From Tubulanus polymorphus (lineage: Eukaryota > Animalia > Nemertea), in contig NC_134027.1 of the NCBI RefSeq assembly GCF_964204645.1, positions 8,960,485-9,024,484 on the forward strand: a stretch of 64,000 bases of DNA. The letters are read 5' to 3'. The position numbers were made by a program, and so were the translations under genes. Shown in pieces: positions 23,901 to 34,742 of this stretch. Each line of letters starts with the position of its first letter. The first letter of the stretch is position 1. The notes under the pieces are model-generated. The model searched no databases. It worked only from the letters and a program-made list of their open reading frames with translations, and was not told the origin of the DNA.

Positions 23901-26900
23901 TCTATCCAATGATATCACTAATCAACGTCCTGCAGAATGATATGAGATTTTCTGAAGTAGAATTTTTTGTTACGGTAAAGACGATGTACCGCATGACCTA
24001 TTGAATCGATGTAGTGTCAGTCATTGAGAAAAACTTAAGAGCAGACGTCAGTTGATTTAACGTCAGTTGATTTAAACGAAGCCCCAGAAATGAGGCAATT
24101 ATACGGAGATTATGAATAAAAAATGCGTTGGTCTCGAGCTTTCAGCGAAGAAAATCGTATCTTGACATTTAATCGATTACGTCTTACGTTCTTGACACGT
24201 TTTATTTTTCCATACAATGCCCTTCCTTCGAACTGAAATGGATGCTGTAAGTCAAAAACTGTGTGATTAGATTCGCATTTCAAGTAGAAGCGTCTAATTT
24301 CGTCGAGATAACCAGCGAAATACCGATATCAAATGTTGTATCGTTCCAGACAGTATTTAGCGTATTGAAAACAACATTGTTTTGTATCGCAAATTGATAA
24401 CTATGCACCTTAGTCTCCTTAGTGTTGGTTTTTACGGAGCGATAAATCAATTTCTCAGAAATTTCTGTTCGATATTCATTACATTATTAATGATTCCAGC
24501 GATGTGACATTTATTTGAAGTTGGCTAAGTAAACGATACGTCTGCAGCTAGTCGTGTTAGCAAAATATAAGGGGTAGTTTTTAGTCTCAAGAGCTACGGT
24601 TGCTATTTTGTGTGGTATCCTTATCCTTATCGGCACCCGGCACCCGCCGCTGAACTACAAATGAGACGAGCGTCCGCGAGGTCGTTCGCGCGAGATTCTA
24701 CCGTACTTGGATGCTCATGAGATGCCGAATCTGCCTTCACACTAAAGAAAATACGCGGCCAGCTCAGCGCTGTACTGAGATGGGGTTTTTGGTGCATAAT
24801 CACCTTCTACGCTTAATAAGCCAGGCAATTCAGTACGGTACTGAATAAGCCCAGGAATAGGGTCTCGAATAACTTTGTGAATGCTTAAGCCGAGGACACA
24901 CTGAGCGATTTCGTCTTTTTGTGTGTCCGATTTCGTCGCCCGACGAAATAGCCGGTAAAATCGCCTTGTGTGTCCGACGAAATCGCCCAAATCTAACATG
25001 TTGGATTCTGTCGCCGGCGACAGAATCGCTAAGTCTGTCTGGGTACGGCGATCAGTCGCCTCGAGCGGCGTATTAACCAGCCAATCACGGCGCTTCGACG
25101 CTTCACGTGATAGCAAAATGGCGACCCACCGATTTCGTCGGCTGACGAAATCGCCCAGTGTGTCCGGGTCTGTCAGCGATCAAATCGGTCATAAAATCAA
25201 CGGCGACTGAGTTGGGCTGACGGAATAGCCCAGTGTGTCTGAGGCTTAAATAAATACCATACTGAAATCCTTGTGTGAATGCAGCTTTAATCTTTCTTAC
25301 CTATTTCCTAAACTACAGATAAGATCGGCGATCACAAAAGCGTTTTTTTTTGCCTGGTCCTGGTGAGTAGTTTATGTGTGAACCTTCTGCTGTATTTAGG
25401 AGGCACAGGCCCAATTGAACTCAAGTCTGAGCTCGGCCAGTTTGTATCTGTGTGATCGCAGGTAAGAGATACACCAAACTCATTTGGATGATGTGCGAGT
25501 ACTAGAGATGCAATTAACGTCATCAGTTTTTTGAATCGTCGAGTTCTATTTTGAAAGTCATATTAAAAACGTATTAAAAATGGCGTTAAGCGATGAGAAT
25601 CATGATGGGGATAGAATCACTTAGTGGTTTTTCTGTAAGCATCAAATGCATTATGAACTGTTCAGTTTCGTATCGTTCAGCACCTGACCGAATTAACGAA
25701 CTTCCCACCGTTCATTTCTTTAAATCAATTCTACTAACGGGCTTCATTTCAAAACGAGGAAATCTTGAAAGAACATTCCGTTTTTGGAATGCCGTAAAGT
25801 AGTTGGGATCGATAATTTGGGTACGTTGCTGGTGATTTTTCATTGCTTGGGATGGGTAACTCAAAAACTACCAAAAGAAAACAAACTGTATGGAGGAGGA
25901 CTACGGACAAAAGTGATGATTTCTGAATGGTGTTACTGAATGATGGCAACAAGACCATGGATTTAGGATTCTCCCATTAAACAACAGTATGTATGAGCAC
26001 TCTTTTCAACTTTCAACTTGAAGAGGCTCATAATCCTAAACAAACCCAATTTCTTTGGTTGAATATTCACGTTATTTTCTTTCGCCAATGATTTCTGATG
26101 AGTGAGAATTTCCATTGATGGTGAATTAAAAGTCTTTTCCGAAACCACTTTTCAAGGGGTTTCAAAAGTCACAATCGCACAGAGACGATTTGACCCGGGC
26201 CGAATTGGCACGGATCTCACCCGTGCCTTATTAGAGAGCAGCTACTCACTTGATATTGAAAACAAGTGAGCCTTTTGCGGAACCAGTTGCAATTCAAACG
26301 CAATATTTTGAATCGTCCCGTGCTCACATTTGCCTCGGACCTGGTCCAACATTTTAAGTTGGGCCAAAAACGCTTGTGTGATCGCGGCTAATGATAATGT
26401 CAGTGACGAACTATCAAGAAGAGCCATGTTGGTACGGTCCGAGCTCTTCTCCCATCGAGGGGTTTGAAGCTATCTTTATCCCCAGTCTCTTGAGCTTAAA
26501 CGCATCAACTCAACACTGCAGTTCCTGCTGCCGGAAAAGACATAAACCACAAAATATCTTGCGAATATTGTTTCCGTGTGGGATTTTTTCCTCGAGTATT
26601 AGGTTGATTTCTCGCTAGGTCAATAGTTCAATATTAGAAATCGTTATCACATATACATTTTCTAGTGTCACAAGAAATTGGAACTATAATGCACGAACTG
26701 CTACTTGCAGGCAGTTGGTCTGGGTTTGATTTTTTCTTTAAGTTATGCCGAAAAATCACATAGATGAATAAGAATTATAGAAATTTGGTGGATTCCCATC
26801 TCACGCACTACAAAACGCTGATTGGTTTTGATATACAATCTTATTACAGTAAGACCTCGTTGACGTTATAACGAAATTTATGGGACCAGAAAATCTGTGC

Positions 26901-29900
26901 GTTTTAAGCGACAGTTAGTTATATCTAGTAAAAAATCATCGAAATTTTGTAATAACCAATACATATGGGAGGTTGTACTACTTCTACTAGACTTTTCTTG
27001 ACTTGATGATAGGAATGTGCAGAAAGCAAATCTCTCGTATCAAATTTTTGATGTGTTATTCACAAGACGTATTCGGTTTTACTGATTGAATCTATTCACT
27101 CGACGACACAATGAAACTCTCATCGACTTGTTAGCAGTTTTCATTTGTTGCTGCAATTTTTTGTTTGCGCTGGGTGAGTAGCGCCGGGTTGTTTGGCCAA
27201 CGGGGGGTCACGCCGCGGTTACTGCGTGACCGATCTCGTAATCATCCGTGTAATTCGGCTAGAAATTCATCTGATTTGTCCGCAAGGTGTATCAGATTAA
27301 TTTGTGGCGTGGACGGATGCACGTTTCTTTCACTCGATTGTGGAGGAGATGCGGATGTACGGTCACGTCGTGTCATTTTCCGAATTAAGCACTTGAAAAC
27401 CGACGACCGACAGCAGCGTCTGATGAACCATAATTAACCTCACAATCGTGTATTTTCAGTAATAGCAAGAATGATTTTGCGTTAAATGTCTAACCGCGAC
27501 AAGTCGAGATGGGTTCCATTGAGGAATGAAATTTGAAAGAGTCTTGTGAGGAAGTGTCATTGAAATGCAATGCGAAGCATTTTGCAGTAGAATCTGCTTA
27601 ATTCTGTTGGGAATATCATATTTTTGATGCGTTATGTATTATAGGTTGGCTATACACTGCATTTCAAGCGTGAAACGTTTAAACCAATCAGTGTGGAGCA
27701 TTGCGACGTTGCCTTCATTAACGATAGGTTTCAACAGATCTGAATTATTTGTTGAACACTCGGGCAATAGTAAGATTTCACTTACAGGGAGAGTTGGCCA
27801 ACTTTTCTACTTTTCCTCCTTAAAGTTGTGTAATGAGTTATTGATATTTAATGTTCTGCATCTTCAAGTACTAATAATGCAGGGCGTAAATTATGTAATT
27901 GGGTCCCTTGCACGCGGTTGTGGGATATTTTGTCACCTATAACATTGTTTCTCTTTTGCTAGTGTCCTGTTACCCAGGCTTAGGAGCTAATCTACGATAA
28001 ATCTAATGGCTCTGCTGTGCCTTATATTCTAGAAAAGATTTTCATCTGGGAATAGAAATTTATTTCTTTCCAATAATGGAGTTGCACCATTTTTGTTAGT
28101 AGACTGATATTCCAGTACCAGCAGCCGCTACAACACAGGTCGCCTATACCTCTGATTTAGGGACTCTCTTTACCCTTGCATACCATTCTCGTGCATTACA
28201 CCATGGTGCGGTGTATTGTTAGTCACTAGTATTTCACTTTATTTGACACGTCCTGTCATATCTTCCAATAGAGATAAAAGCGATGTGGTGTATTAGCAAA
28301 GTCCATCACCGATTTATATGGTACACAAAAAGGGTTAAGCATTTGTTCGAAGCCAATACCACTGAGGTTGCATGCAAAGGAACAAACTGCTACAGATAGG
28401 ATGCTAAGGTGTTACCAGTGCTATGCAGTTGTGTCGTGCTTTGAAGCTGACCAGGTAGCTGCAGGCCAAATGTAGAGCTAGATTCATCGGAGCAATGAGA
28501 GATTCTAACAACACCAGCAGTCAGGAACAGCAGGATTATCTGAAGTATTTTGCATAAGCCCTGTGTCGACGGGCGATTTTTTCCTGCAATTTAAATGCCA
28601 CTGAGAAATTGCTTGAAAATCGCAGTGACTCGTCGCTCGTTTGCAGTTTCATGCAACTGCAACTGATATCAAGTTCAAGCCGCGATCATATGAGCATTTT
28701 TTTATCCGTGCTTTGTTATGAATGAAATGATAATTAAATCGGCTCTTAGAATCTTTTTCATTTACATAAAATCCATGCAAGAAACTGATCCCGCTTACAT
28801 TTATTCTATTGTAAGACTGCCGAGTATGTGCCACTTCTGACTTATGCGACAGATTTAGACAGTATTCAGTCATTTAGAACATATAAGTCGTCTTGTTGCA
28901 ACATCTAACAAAAGTCAGTCTGTTGCAGAAACAGTGTTCTTAATTTTTCTACATAAAATCCATGAAAGAAACTGATGCTGATTATATTTCATTGTAATTC
29001 TGATGAGTATGTGCCTCTTTCGAGTATTCCAGCAAATTAAGACGGTATTCAGTCAATTTAGAAGATATAAGTCGTCTTGTTGAAGCACTCGGCCAAAGTC
29101 AGCTTTCTGTAGAAACACTTTTCATATGGGAGAATATTCTGCACCTTAAAGACGGCGGTTTATGATTGAGTTTAGAAACATGATCATTTATAGCAACTAC
29201 GCTTTTTATTAGGTGGAAATTAGTGAACATGCGTAATCTGATCGCGACCTGATGTGGCGTGTGATTTGATTTCTCCGTCGAGGACCGTCCCCAGCGTTGT
29301 CTGAATGCGTTTTTCACGCGATAAAAACCTAATATACAATTTCCACTACATTCGCAACGCCGGAAAACTCTCGGGAGATCGAGGCCATCTAAGCGACGGA
29401 TGAACTTTTGTAAAATTATCCTACGTTCTTTTTAATCGAAACTTGTACTCGTGATGGAGATGTTGAATTATAAACCATGATAAAGGATATATTATTGGAG
29501 TAGTGGACTAGCTTATCTAGACCACTTTGAGAAACGATGAGATATTGATGATATGAGAATGAAACAAGCAATTTTCACAAGATTCAGGGTTGAAATTCAA
29601 TGTCTAAATATACGAGAGAAATTCCACAATTATTCAGTCATCTTCCAGATGAAAAGTTCTAGAATTTATATGAATATATTTTCCAGCTTAATCATCTAAA
29701 CAAAAGATGAAAACGAATCCGCCACTTGTTGTCAGTACAGTGTCGTGTTATTGGTGGTGACATTTGCAAAAATATCGCATGAGTTTTTTCTTTTGTATTT
29801 CGTCAAGTGTTTTCAGTTTATTTTCTTGGAAATCAAACTCCGCAATGACTGATGATCGCTGCATCACTTTTCATGGTATCAGGTACGGTAAAAGGAAGGT

Positions 29901-31394
29901 TTCTACTTGAATCGGTTCCGATGTCCCATGCTGCAACACTTTTACAGCGATTATTACTGAGTTAGCTATTAGATCATTCAGGATGAATTAAAGGTCATGG
30001 GTTCGAACACCCACATAAAAAGAAAGAGAAAAAATTACCCAATGATACAGGACAAAAGTACCCTAACGAAATGGCGGCTAGCAACTGTAAAATGGTTTAT
30101 TTAATGGATTATTCTGTAGGTTCCATTTGTGGCTTATTCAGGACGGTTGCGAAATATGATTCCGCGCCAAAAACCTTATCTAGATATGGTACTGAGAAGG
30201 CCATGCATCTTCTGTAGTGCGGACACAGATTCAGCGCTTAGCAAGCCACATATTGTACATGTTGTAACTGAGACACCATCTTGGAACCATTCCCCACATG
30301 TGCGATATTCTGGCAAATTTGGCACCACATTGGTACAGTACTTCATAAGCCCAGAATCTCCTTTGAATGTCACTACAGTACTGTAATGTCGCTAGACAAG
30401 ACAGACACTTAGCCACATTGCATTTCTTTTCTCCGTACAGGAATAATTAGGTTCCTGGCCTGATAGATGACTTGCTGGGTGCTGAGAAGCAGTACATTCT
30501 TCGGAACAGGCTATGCAGTTATGTTACCAGACTATGAGTCAAATCACATTTGGACTAAACATCTTTGATGATTTTTCACCATCGTGTTTCAAAATTATCG
30601 ATGTCAGCAATGTATATGTGTTACGTATAAATTGATATCATTATCGGAGAAAAGTTTCAGTGGTATTCCATTTCTGGTCTCTGAAGGACGGCCTTCAATA
30701 TGTTCACATACATTTAGCTCGTTGATAATTGATATGAAGTTACATTGGAGGTAATTTGGTCAACTGGTACTCGAGGCGTAATTTAGTGACTCCCTCAGGA
30801 TGAGCTATATACACATTAAGTACCCATTCACCAATCATCTAATGAGTTTTAGGTTCATACAGCAACAAGGCTTGTATACAAAATTCAATATTTAAAAGGT
30901 CTGGTTTCTCAGTCGACACTGTCCTCTTCCCAGAAGACCATAATTTCTTTTTCAAAAAGTAAAAAGGAGGGCCATGACGAAAGTTGCTATCTTTTCTATA
31001 AATTCGAAAAGTTCTCCCATTTATTCCTGATCGAGGTAACAGTGGATTACCCGGTGAAAATATTTGAATTTTCAGACATTGAAGTTGAAACTTGGATATT
31101 TCATTTTTTTTCCTGGTGTTGTTCCCTCCATTAATATGCACCAGGTTGAGCTAACTATTATTTGCTAATATTCTTCAGGTTGGTTTTCGAAGTAGTGTTA
31201 AGACAAATTTAAGTAAATCAATTCCTGATCATTTTTCATCGAACGATTAAAATGTGACAAAATTCTCTACCTTCATGTATTTTTCTATTTGAAGCATTTG
31301 ACTCGGGAACTGTCGATGGAACAGGAGAGACGATGGAAAGCGGAACAGGCCGGCGGTAAATTGATCGACCATATAAAACTGCTGCAGAACAAAG
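8694..31394 (+). CDS. LRRCC1: Leucine-rich repeat and coiled-coil domain-containing protein 1 (centriolar; CLERC/VFL1 family), 5' part. Exons 8694-8977, 9525-9742, 10163-10320, 10476-10589, 10748-10840, 10928-10994, 11520-11607, 18014-18143, 31295-31394; gene continues beyond
   Basis: All introns are GT-AG with consistent phases (1252 nt = 417 codons + 1). SDS22-type LRRs ELCLMDAGI..LHCNSI..LDLSSNQI..LNLSCNNI..NLSYNAINDISG..ELHGNDI, LRR cap NPVC...GYR..VLSTIPQLIALD, then DLEATYQ|HLTRELSMEQERRWKAEQAGGKLIDHI. These match my recollection of vertebrate LRRCC1 (DVCFMDKGL, LHCNNI, NPVCRLPGYR, TYQSLVEQLDQEREKRWRAEQA). Confidence 0.9.
9525..9742 (+). CDS. LRRCC1: LRRCC1 coding exon 2 (LRRs, NPVC)
   Basis: cttttgcag|A TCT TTG...; SLVSINLSYNAINDISG...ASNPVCLTK; donor G|gtactg. 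Confidence 0.92.
9812..10036. mobile_element. Degenerate MITE (CAG-terminal, hAT-like) in an LRRCC1 intron
   Basis: Ends cagagctgccaac ... gttggcagccccg; internal repeated ttactga motifs; no clear TSD. Confidence 0.5.
10163..10320 (+). CDS. LRRCC1: LRRCC1 coding exon 3 (LRR cap)
   Basis: ctcttcag|GT TAT CGC; GYRDRVLSTIPQLIALDNID...SSN; donor gtaagt at 10321. Confidence 0.92.
10476..10589 (+). CDS. LRRCC1: LRRCC1 coding exon 4
   Basis: tttttcag|GAT; DPPMVPTPCIDAALKTF...VAK; donor AAG|gtattg. Confidence 0.8.
10748..10840 (+). CDS. LRRCC1: LRRCC1 coding exon 5
   Basis: ttttag|GGA; GVDQSFNMNQDQTDRIEKLELQLANLMKQKL (short coiled coil); donor CTG|gtaata. Confidence 0.8.
10928..10994 (+). CDS. LRRCC1: LRRCC1 coding exon 6
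   Basis: catttgcag|AAT; NERSGNSYSSCPKSPHRLQAEK; donor G|gtaaat. Confidence 0.75.
11520..11607 (+). CDS. LRRCC1: LRRCC1 coding exon 7
   Basis: attttcag|AC; DYYSGSDSSVKSETPTQKGRKLSKDRREK; donor AA|gtaagc; phases fit both neighbours. Confidence 0.8.
13371..13590. mobile_element. hAT-like MITE (CAGGGTGGCCA TIR) in the probable GPCR 3' UTR region
   Basis: cagggtggcca ... tggccaccctg inverted ends; internal (a)gtcggg(g)aa repeats; related copy at ~52770-52998; TSD not evident. Confidence 0.75.
13700..14953 (-). CDS. FMRFamide receptor-like class A (rhodopsin) neuropeptide GPCR, 417 aa, single coding exon
   Basis: Seven hydrophobic segments: TM1 GIIGN, TM2 YLIAQAVFD, TM3 YPLALIGQTGTIYITVSFTVERYIAVCRPL, TM4 YNVPR, TM5 FLLPF..LFTLN, TM6 FLVCQLP, TM7 NSAINFLLY. 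These match the FMRFaR/myosuppressin/SPR group signature (NFxxY in place of NPxxY). N-terminal N-glycosylation sequon NDS. In-frame TAG just 5' of the TTG at 14977, so the first ATG is 14953. Minus-strand acceptor tgtttcag| at 14989/14988. Confidence 0.93.
   Translation of the reverse strand: MNDSEATNSDTGIVNFQFGVYGVVAPTICILGIIGNVLAVIVLSRRRMRSSMSCYLIAQAVFDCIVLIMMILSMTISMLNDSYRCVYPYLNPVVYPLALIGQTGTIYITVSFTVERYIAVCRPLQASNMCTPKRAIKVSLLVSFVSILYNVPRMMEKNTFSPADLTRLDNETHNCPEIHPSKLGNNVVFLKIYRTYMYLFFIFLLPFLLLFTLNILLLRAVKDSQRARNQMNARTARENNLTIMVIVVVIVFLVCQLPALIDNIFVAIVSMADLHAHWFFTRFTTVSNLLVAINSAINFLLYCVFGNKFRRVFLQIFCGRKSTDRSETSMQMFRTTNRQTVTGTTMSAAGSQRQANATGSRREHNNVVVKQGLQNNNHVNGHATQFIDADDVEIPVDNDDPRRRLITTTTVATDDEV
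18014..18143 (+). CDS. LRRCC1: LRRCC1 coding exon 8
   Basis: ttctcgttag|G TCA; SSPSPSKRDKLVSADKRKDIRAGNRKPKREDEAKRDDLEATYQ; donor CAG|gtaaac; phase 2 in, phase 0 out. Confidence 0.82.
18578..18819. mobile_element. Harbinger-like MITE (family D)
   Basis: agccacattcacgctact ... ggtagtgtgaacacggct TIRs, AAA on both flanks, internal inverted ttggaccgtt/aacggtc motifs. Related fragments at ~39893-40050 and ~46050-46105. Confidence 0.75.
19675..19936. mobile_element. hAT-like MITE
   Basis: cacggttcttatggg ... cccgtaaggaccctg imperfect TIRs; internal gtatggaaaa repeats; fragment at ~22205-22245. Confidence 0.6.
20800..20839 (-). ncRNA. Minimal type-I hammerhead ribozyme-like motif (Penelope-type), core variant
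   Basis: Minus strand: CAC CTGACAA T GATCTC TAGGGT GAGATC GAAAC GTC GTG, followed by AATAAA. Stem I cac/gtg, 6-bp stem II, palindromic ACGT stem III, GUC site; G8 replaced by A. Confidence 0.6.
21326..21605 (-). mobile_element. Harbinger-like MITE family A, copy in reverse orientation
   Basis: agccgtgatcatacgagcatttttggcgcgggccaaattt ... tctctgtgcgatggcgact; homologous to 33736-34065. Confidence 0.8.
22510..22597. repeat. Perfect 44-bp tandem duplication
   Basis: ttggatgcgttcttctcgaataatcgctagccgtaacttagttc x2. Confidence 0.95.
22911..22950 (-). ncRNA. Minimal type-I hammerhead ribozyme-like motif, core variant
   Basis: Minus strand: AGA CCGAAGA A GGGTGG CATACA CCATCC GAAAT ATT TCT. Stem I aga/tct, 6-bp stem II with one G-U pair, palindromic AATATT stem III; U4 replaced by C. 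Confidence 0.55.
24722..25286. mobile_element. Partial Harbinger-like MITE family B copy, interrupted by MITE C
   Basis: tcacactaaagaaaatacgcggccagctcag...gtgaatgctta and tacc.tactgaaatcct.gtgtgaa.gcagct align with the right half of 36414-36838. Confidence 0.8.
24888..25246. mobile_element. Harbinger-like MITE family C, nested in family B
   Basis: agccgaggacacactgagcgatt ... aatagcccagtgtgtctgaggct imperfect TIRs, TTA/TAA flanks, internal palindromic gatttcgtcg..cgacgaaat repeats. Confidence 0.8.
26167..26389 (+). mobile_element. Harbinger-like MITE family A, internally deleted copy
   Basis: agtcacaatcgcacagagacgatttgacccgggcc ... cttgtgtgatcgcggct. Confidence 0.8.
26846..26930. mobile_element. 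Tc1/mariner(pogo)-type MITE end fragment
   Basis: TA-CAGTAAGACCTCG...ttataacgaa...gggacc. A similar opposite end (ggtccc...ggcgttgtttactgTA) lies at ~15250-15315. Confidence 0.4.
28763..29122. repeat. Diverged tandem duplication, ~187-bp period
   Basis: tacataaaatccatg.aagaaactgat ... gtattcagtca.tttagaa.atataagtcgtcttgttg ... aaagtcag...gtagaaaca at 28763 and 28950. Confidence 0.9.
31295..31394 (+). CDS. LRRCC1: LRRCC1 coding exon 9 (start of the coiled coil)
   Basis: tttttctatttgaag|CAT; HLTRELSMEQERRWKAEQAGGKLIDHIKLLQNK; donor G|gtagga. Conserved ERRWKAEQA motif. Too short for the ORF track. Confidence 0.85.
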
Positions 31395-33735
31395 GTAGGA
31401 AACCTCAAAGTACAGTTAAACATTATCATCGGTTAAGAGCATTGGCGTTGAATATGTAATTCAAACGTACCCAAGTTCATATCGCGCGTAAGCGTTTTGA
31501 TAGCATTGCGACCTTGAGATCGAATAGAATCTGAATATTCATTGTTTCGAATTTGAATCTGTCAATAGGTAATAATTAACTGCGTCGCTTCACTTGATAA
31601 ATGTATGTACGTATGTATAGTATCGACAGGACGGAAGATTGATGATCAAGAGGAGAGGGCTCGACGAAGAACGATATAGGTTATTGTGTCCCGGGCGCCT
31701 CGATGATTAATTAGCGTACAACAGCGTTAGAAAAATTTGTTCGAACTGAGCAGGTTTCCGGGAGGTGAGGGGGGGGTAATTATCCAGGAAAATGTAGAAA
31801 ACTTGATGCTCAGGTATGGCCTGGGAGTGAGTCTGTTGATATTGGGAAGGTATAAACAAACAAACAAACATGTTTGTTATGGCTTACTTGTTTTGTGTTG
31901 TTAGTTGTAGTTATAGTATAGCTTAATTACATTTCAGCTCAAGGATATTTTGATATGAAAAATTAGCGGAACTAAATCATTTTGCGGACCCCCGATACCC
32001 CCACGCTACGGGCCTGTTTAAAGTTTAAAAACTTATGACGTACGACTGTATTCCCTACGCTTGAAATTGGGTGCTGCGTGAATATTTATATTTCCCTTCT
32101 CATTCTACGAATTATGGTCGATCCCTGAAGACCAGAGCGTAAATTTGAAATGAGAAAACGTAATTTAATAATTGTTCCCTATTCGCGATCTCAGCTGGGA
32201 TTGCCGTTATAATGGCGTCATTCAGTTGAGGGAGAGACCTGATGATCAATGTGATGTTTCAATTGAAGAAGTCGAAGAAGAATCGGAAGAAGTTCTTCTC
32301 GTCATCATTCATGTTACTGTGAACGCTCTTTTTATCTTTGCCTTTTTTAAATGTACTTTTTGTTATAAATTTTATCGGTCAAGAATTCTACTATGAAAAG
32401 CTGCTGATTTGTGATAAGAAAACCAAAGATGCAGATCTCTAACCAAACTGCATTGGATATTTCTAGATTTTTCTATCTTAGGGTGCACCACGTATAGATA
32501 ACAGCGCTCCTACTAGGAGTCACATTATTAAAAACATTTATCACTGTTAGTTTCCGCTTTCTTTCCGGCTGAATTCTCGAGGTAGATTATTCAGACTTTT
32601 CACGGATGATTTTGGGCTGATTTATGATACCCTGCAGTCGATGCGTGTGGAACTGAGTTTGAACGGATTCTTCTGATCGAGCCATTTTTGCGTCGGTGAA
32701 GCAGTCGTTTGTCAAAGTCTTAGTGACATATATCTTCGGCGGCATATTTCCCGGTTTTATTTGCGGTTTAACCCACTGACCTATAAATCCGTACTCGACT
32801 GTGTCGGCAGTACGTCATCGTCATGGTCGTCGAAACCATCCCTGAAAATCGTTTGATGCCGGTGACAGATTTAACCGTCATTCCACGATGTCGGATGTCG
32901 AATATCGCCGGAAAATTTATCTCCCGTGAATTTTCGCGTCGTCAAAAATCTTTCTTCGTTTTCGATGTTGACTTGATTGCGAAGCTGTCACCGGCGTCGT
33001 CATCAACCACCGGTGAATCAATATGGTCGGATATGTCTCGCATTCAGCTGACTTTGACTTTCGTACACGATATTGATTTGTGCGCGTGTTTGCCTTCTAT
33101 CATTATCTATTTTTTCATTCATCTAATAGCCACCTGGAGACCTGCCATTACTAACAACCGACAAACAGACCTATTACATGCACCCAGTGCACATGCCAGG
33201 TATTTGATGGACCTTTTTAGCGTCTAGTCGACTAGTGGGAGAGGACCTCAATGACAGGACTTGTTGAACACTGGAAGGAAAAAATGGCCAGGTGAAAATG
33301 ACTAAGGAAAAGAATGGTCAAGGAAAATTAAATCAAAACTTAACTACTATTTCATCAATTTCAACAAAATTGAATGCATAGATCTCTTGATAAGTTCCTG
33401 AGATTGTAAGAACAATTCCTGAATTAGTTAAGGTTGTGTGTTAGTTCTTCAAGTGGAACGGTGTGCTCTTCCTCTGAAATAAGTCAGTTTAAGGTGGGAA
33501 TTTATGCGGCCAGCTAAACCAATGAAACAATTAATATGAATCAAATCTTCATGAAAACTATCTTCATGTAAACTATATGTACTGACTATGATGCTGGTCA
33601 TCGTGGATGATTTCTTCTGTGGTTTTCTTCTGTTTCGCTGTTCATTGACGATCATGTCATTTGATTATGATGAATAAACCAACTTGTAACTTGTAACTCC
33701 GCGGTGTTGCACGAAAGATTTACTTTTGAATCAAA

Positions 33736-34065
33736 AGCCGCGATCACACGGAGAAGATTTGGCACGGGCCAAATTGGCACCGATCAGGCTCGGGCCAAAT
33801 TCGGCCCGTGCCTAATTAGAGAGCGCGTTCACACGCAAACCATTCACTCGATACTCAACAATGCTCAAACAAAGCGAAGTGGATCATTTCCGGGGCCAGT
33901 TGCAATTCAAACGCAATAATTTGCCTTGTGCTAGCCTGGTCCGATGTTTTTGGTCGGGGCAAATTTGGCCCGGGCCAAACAGGCTCGGGCCCATTTGGCA
34001 CCCGTGTGAAAGGTTGTTCCGGGCCAACTTTTGCCTGGGCCAATAATGCTCGTGTGATCGCGGCT
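33736..34065 (+). mobile_element. Harbinger-like MITE family A, best-preserved 330-bp copy
   Basis: Perfect 15-bp TIR agccgcgatcacacg ... cgtgtgatcgcggct; A/T 3-bp flanks (aaa/aat); internal gggccaaatt(t)ggc repeats. Confidence 0.9.
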
Positions 34066-34437
34066 AATGGCTTCACAGAAAGATTCAACTCCATCTGCAC
34101 GGTGTAGTATCCTATATTCTGAATTGATTATAGGAATATATGTATTTTAATTGTCTAAATCAAACTATAAAATATGCGTCATGAAAAATGAATAATGTCA
34201 TTAGATATAAAGATCTGCGATGCCAGTAGTTTGATCTCCATTTCTCATAACTTTTCCTTCATCTTTTTTTTCCATGTTCATTTTTTCCTATGATCCCTCT
34301 GAACTTGAATTGCAGATTCAGTCAACAATTGATTGTTGGTCATAATTTTCAAAGCCATTTGAATTTTCAGCTGCTCCGTTATCTCTGACAAGTCAGGTGA
34401 ATAAATCTTTTTTGACGCTGTAAAAACTTCTGCTTGA

Positions 34438-34742
34438 GTAGATGTGCACTATGCAAAGAATATTGGCGCTAAAAAATAACCACTACAATTGTGATTTTTG
34501 GCATTTATTTCGTAATTAGATATATTTCATATATTTCATTGCTATTCTTCAATGCGTCAATGACCTTTTAAGTTAGTTTTCTTCTTTTTTTTCTGTTATT
34601 TTTCTGCGTGGGTAGATGTGCAAAGAATATTGGCGTTTAAAAATAACAGTCGTGAATTAGATTTTTGGCATTTATTTCGTAATTAGATACATTTCATCGC
34701 TATTTTTCCAGGCGTCGATGAACTTTCAAGTTCGTTTTCTTG
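34438..34742. repeat. Diverged tandem duplication, ~170-bp period
   Basis: gtagatgtg...caaagaatattggcg...gatttttggcatttatttcgtaattagata.atttcat occurs twice. Confidence 0.85.

Noticed and set aside
24742-25210. 124-aa and 80-aa ORFs
   Set aside because: Lie within nested palindromic MITEs; no transposase motifs.
29960-30015. tRNA gene candidate (gggttcgaacacc B-box)
   Set aside because: No acceptor stem or cloverleaf; at most a decayed SINE head.
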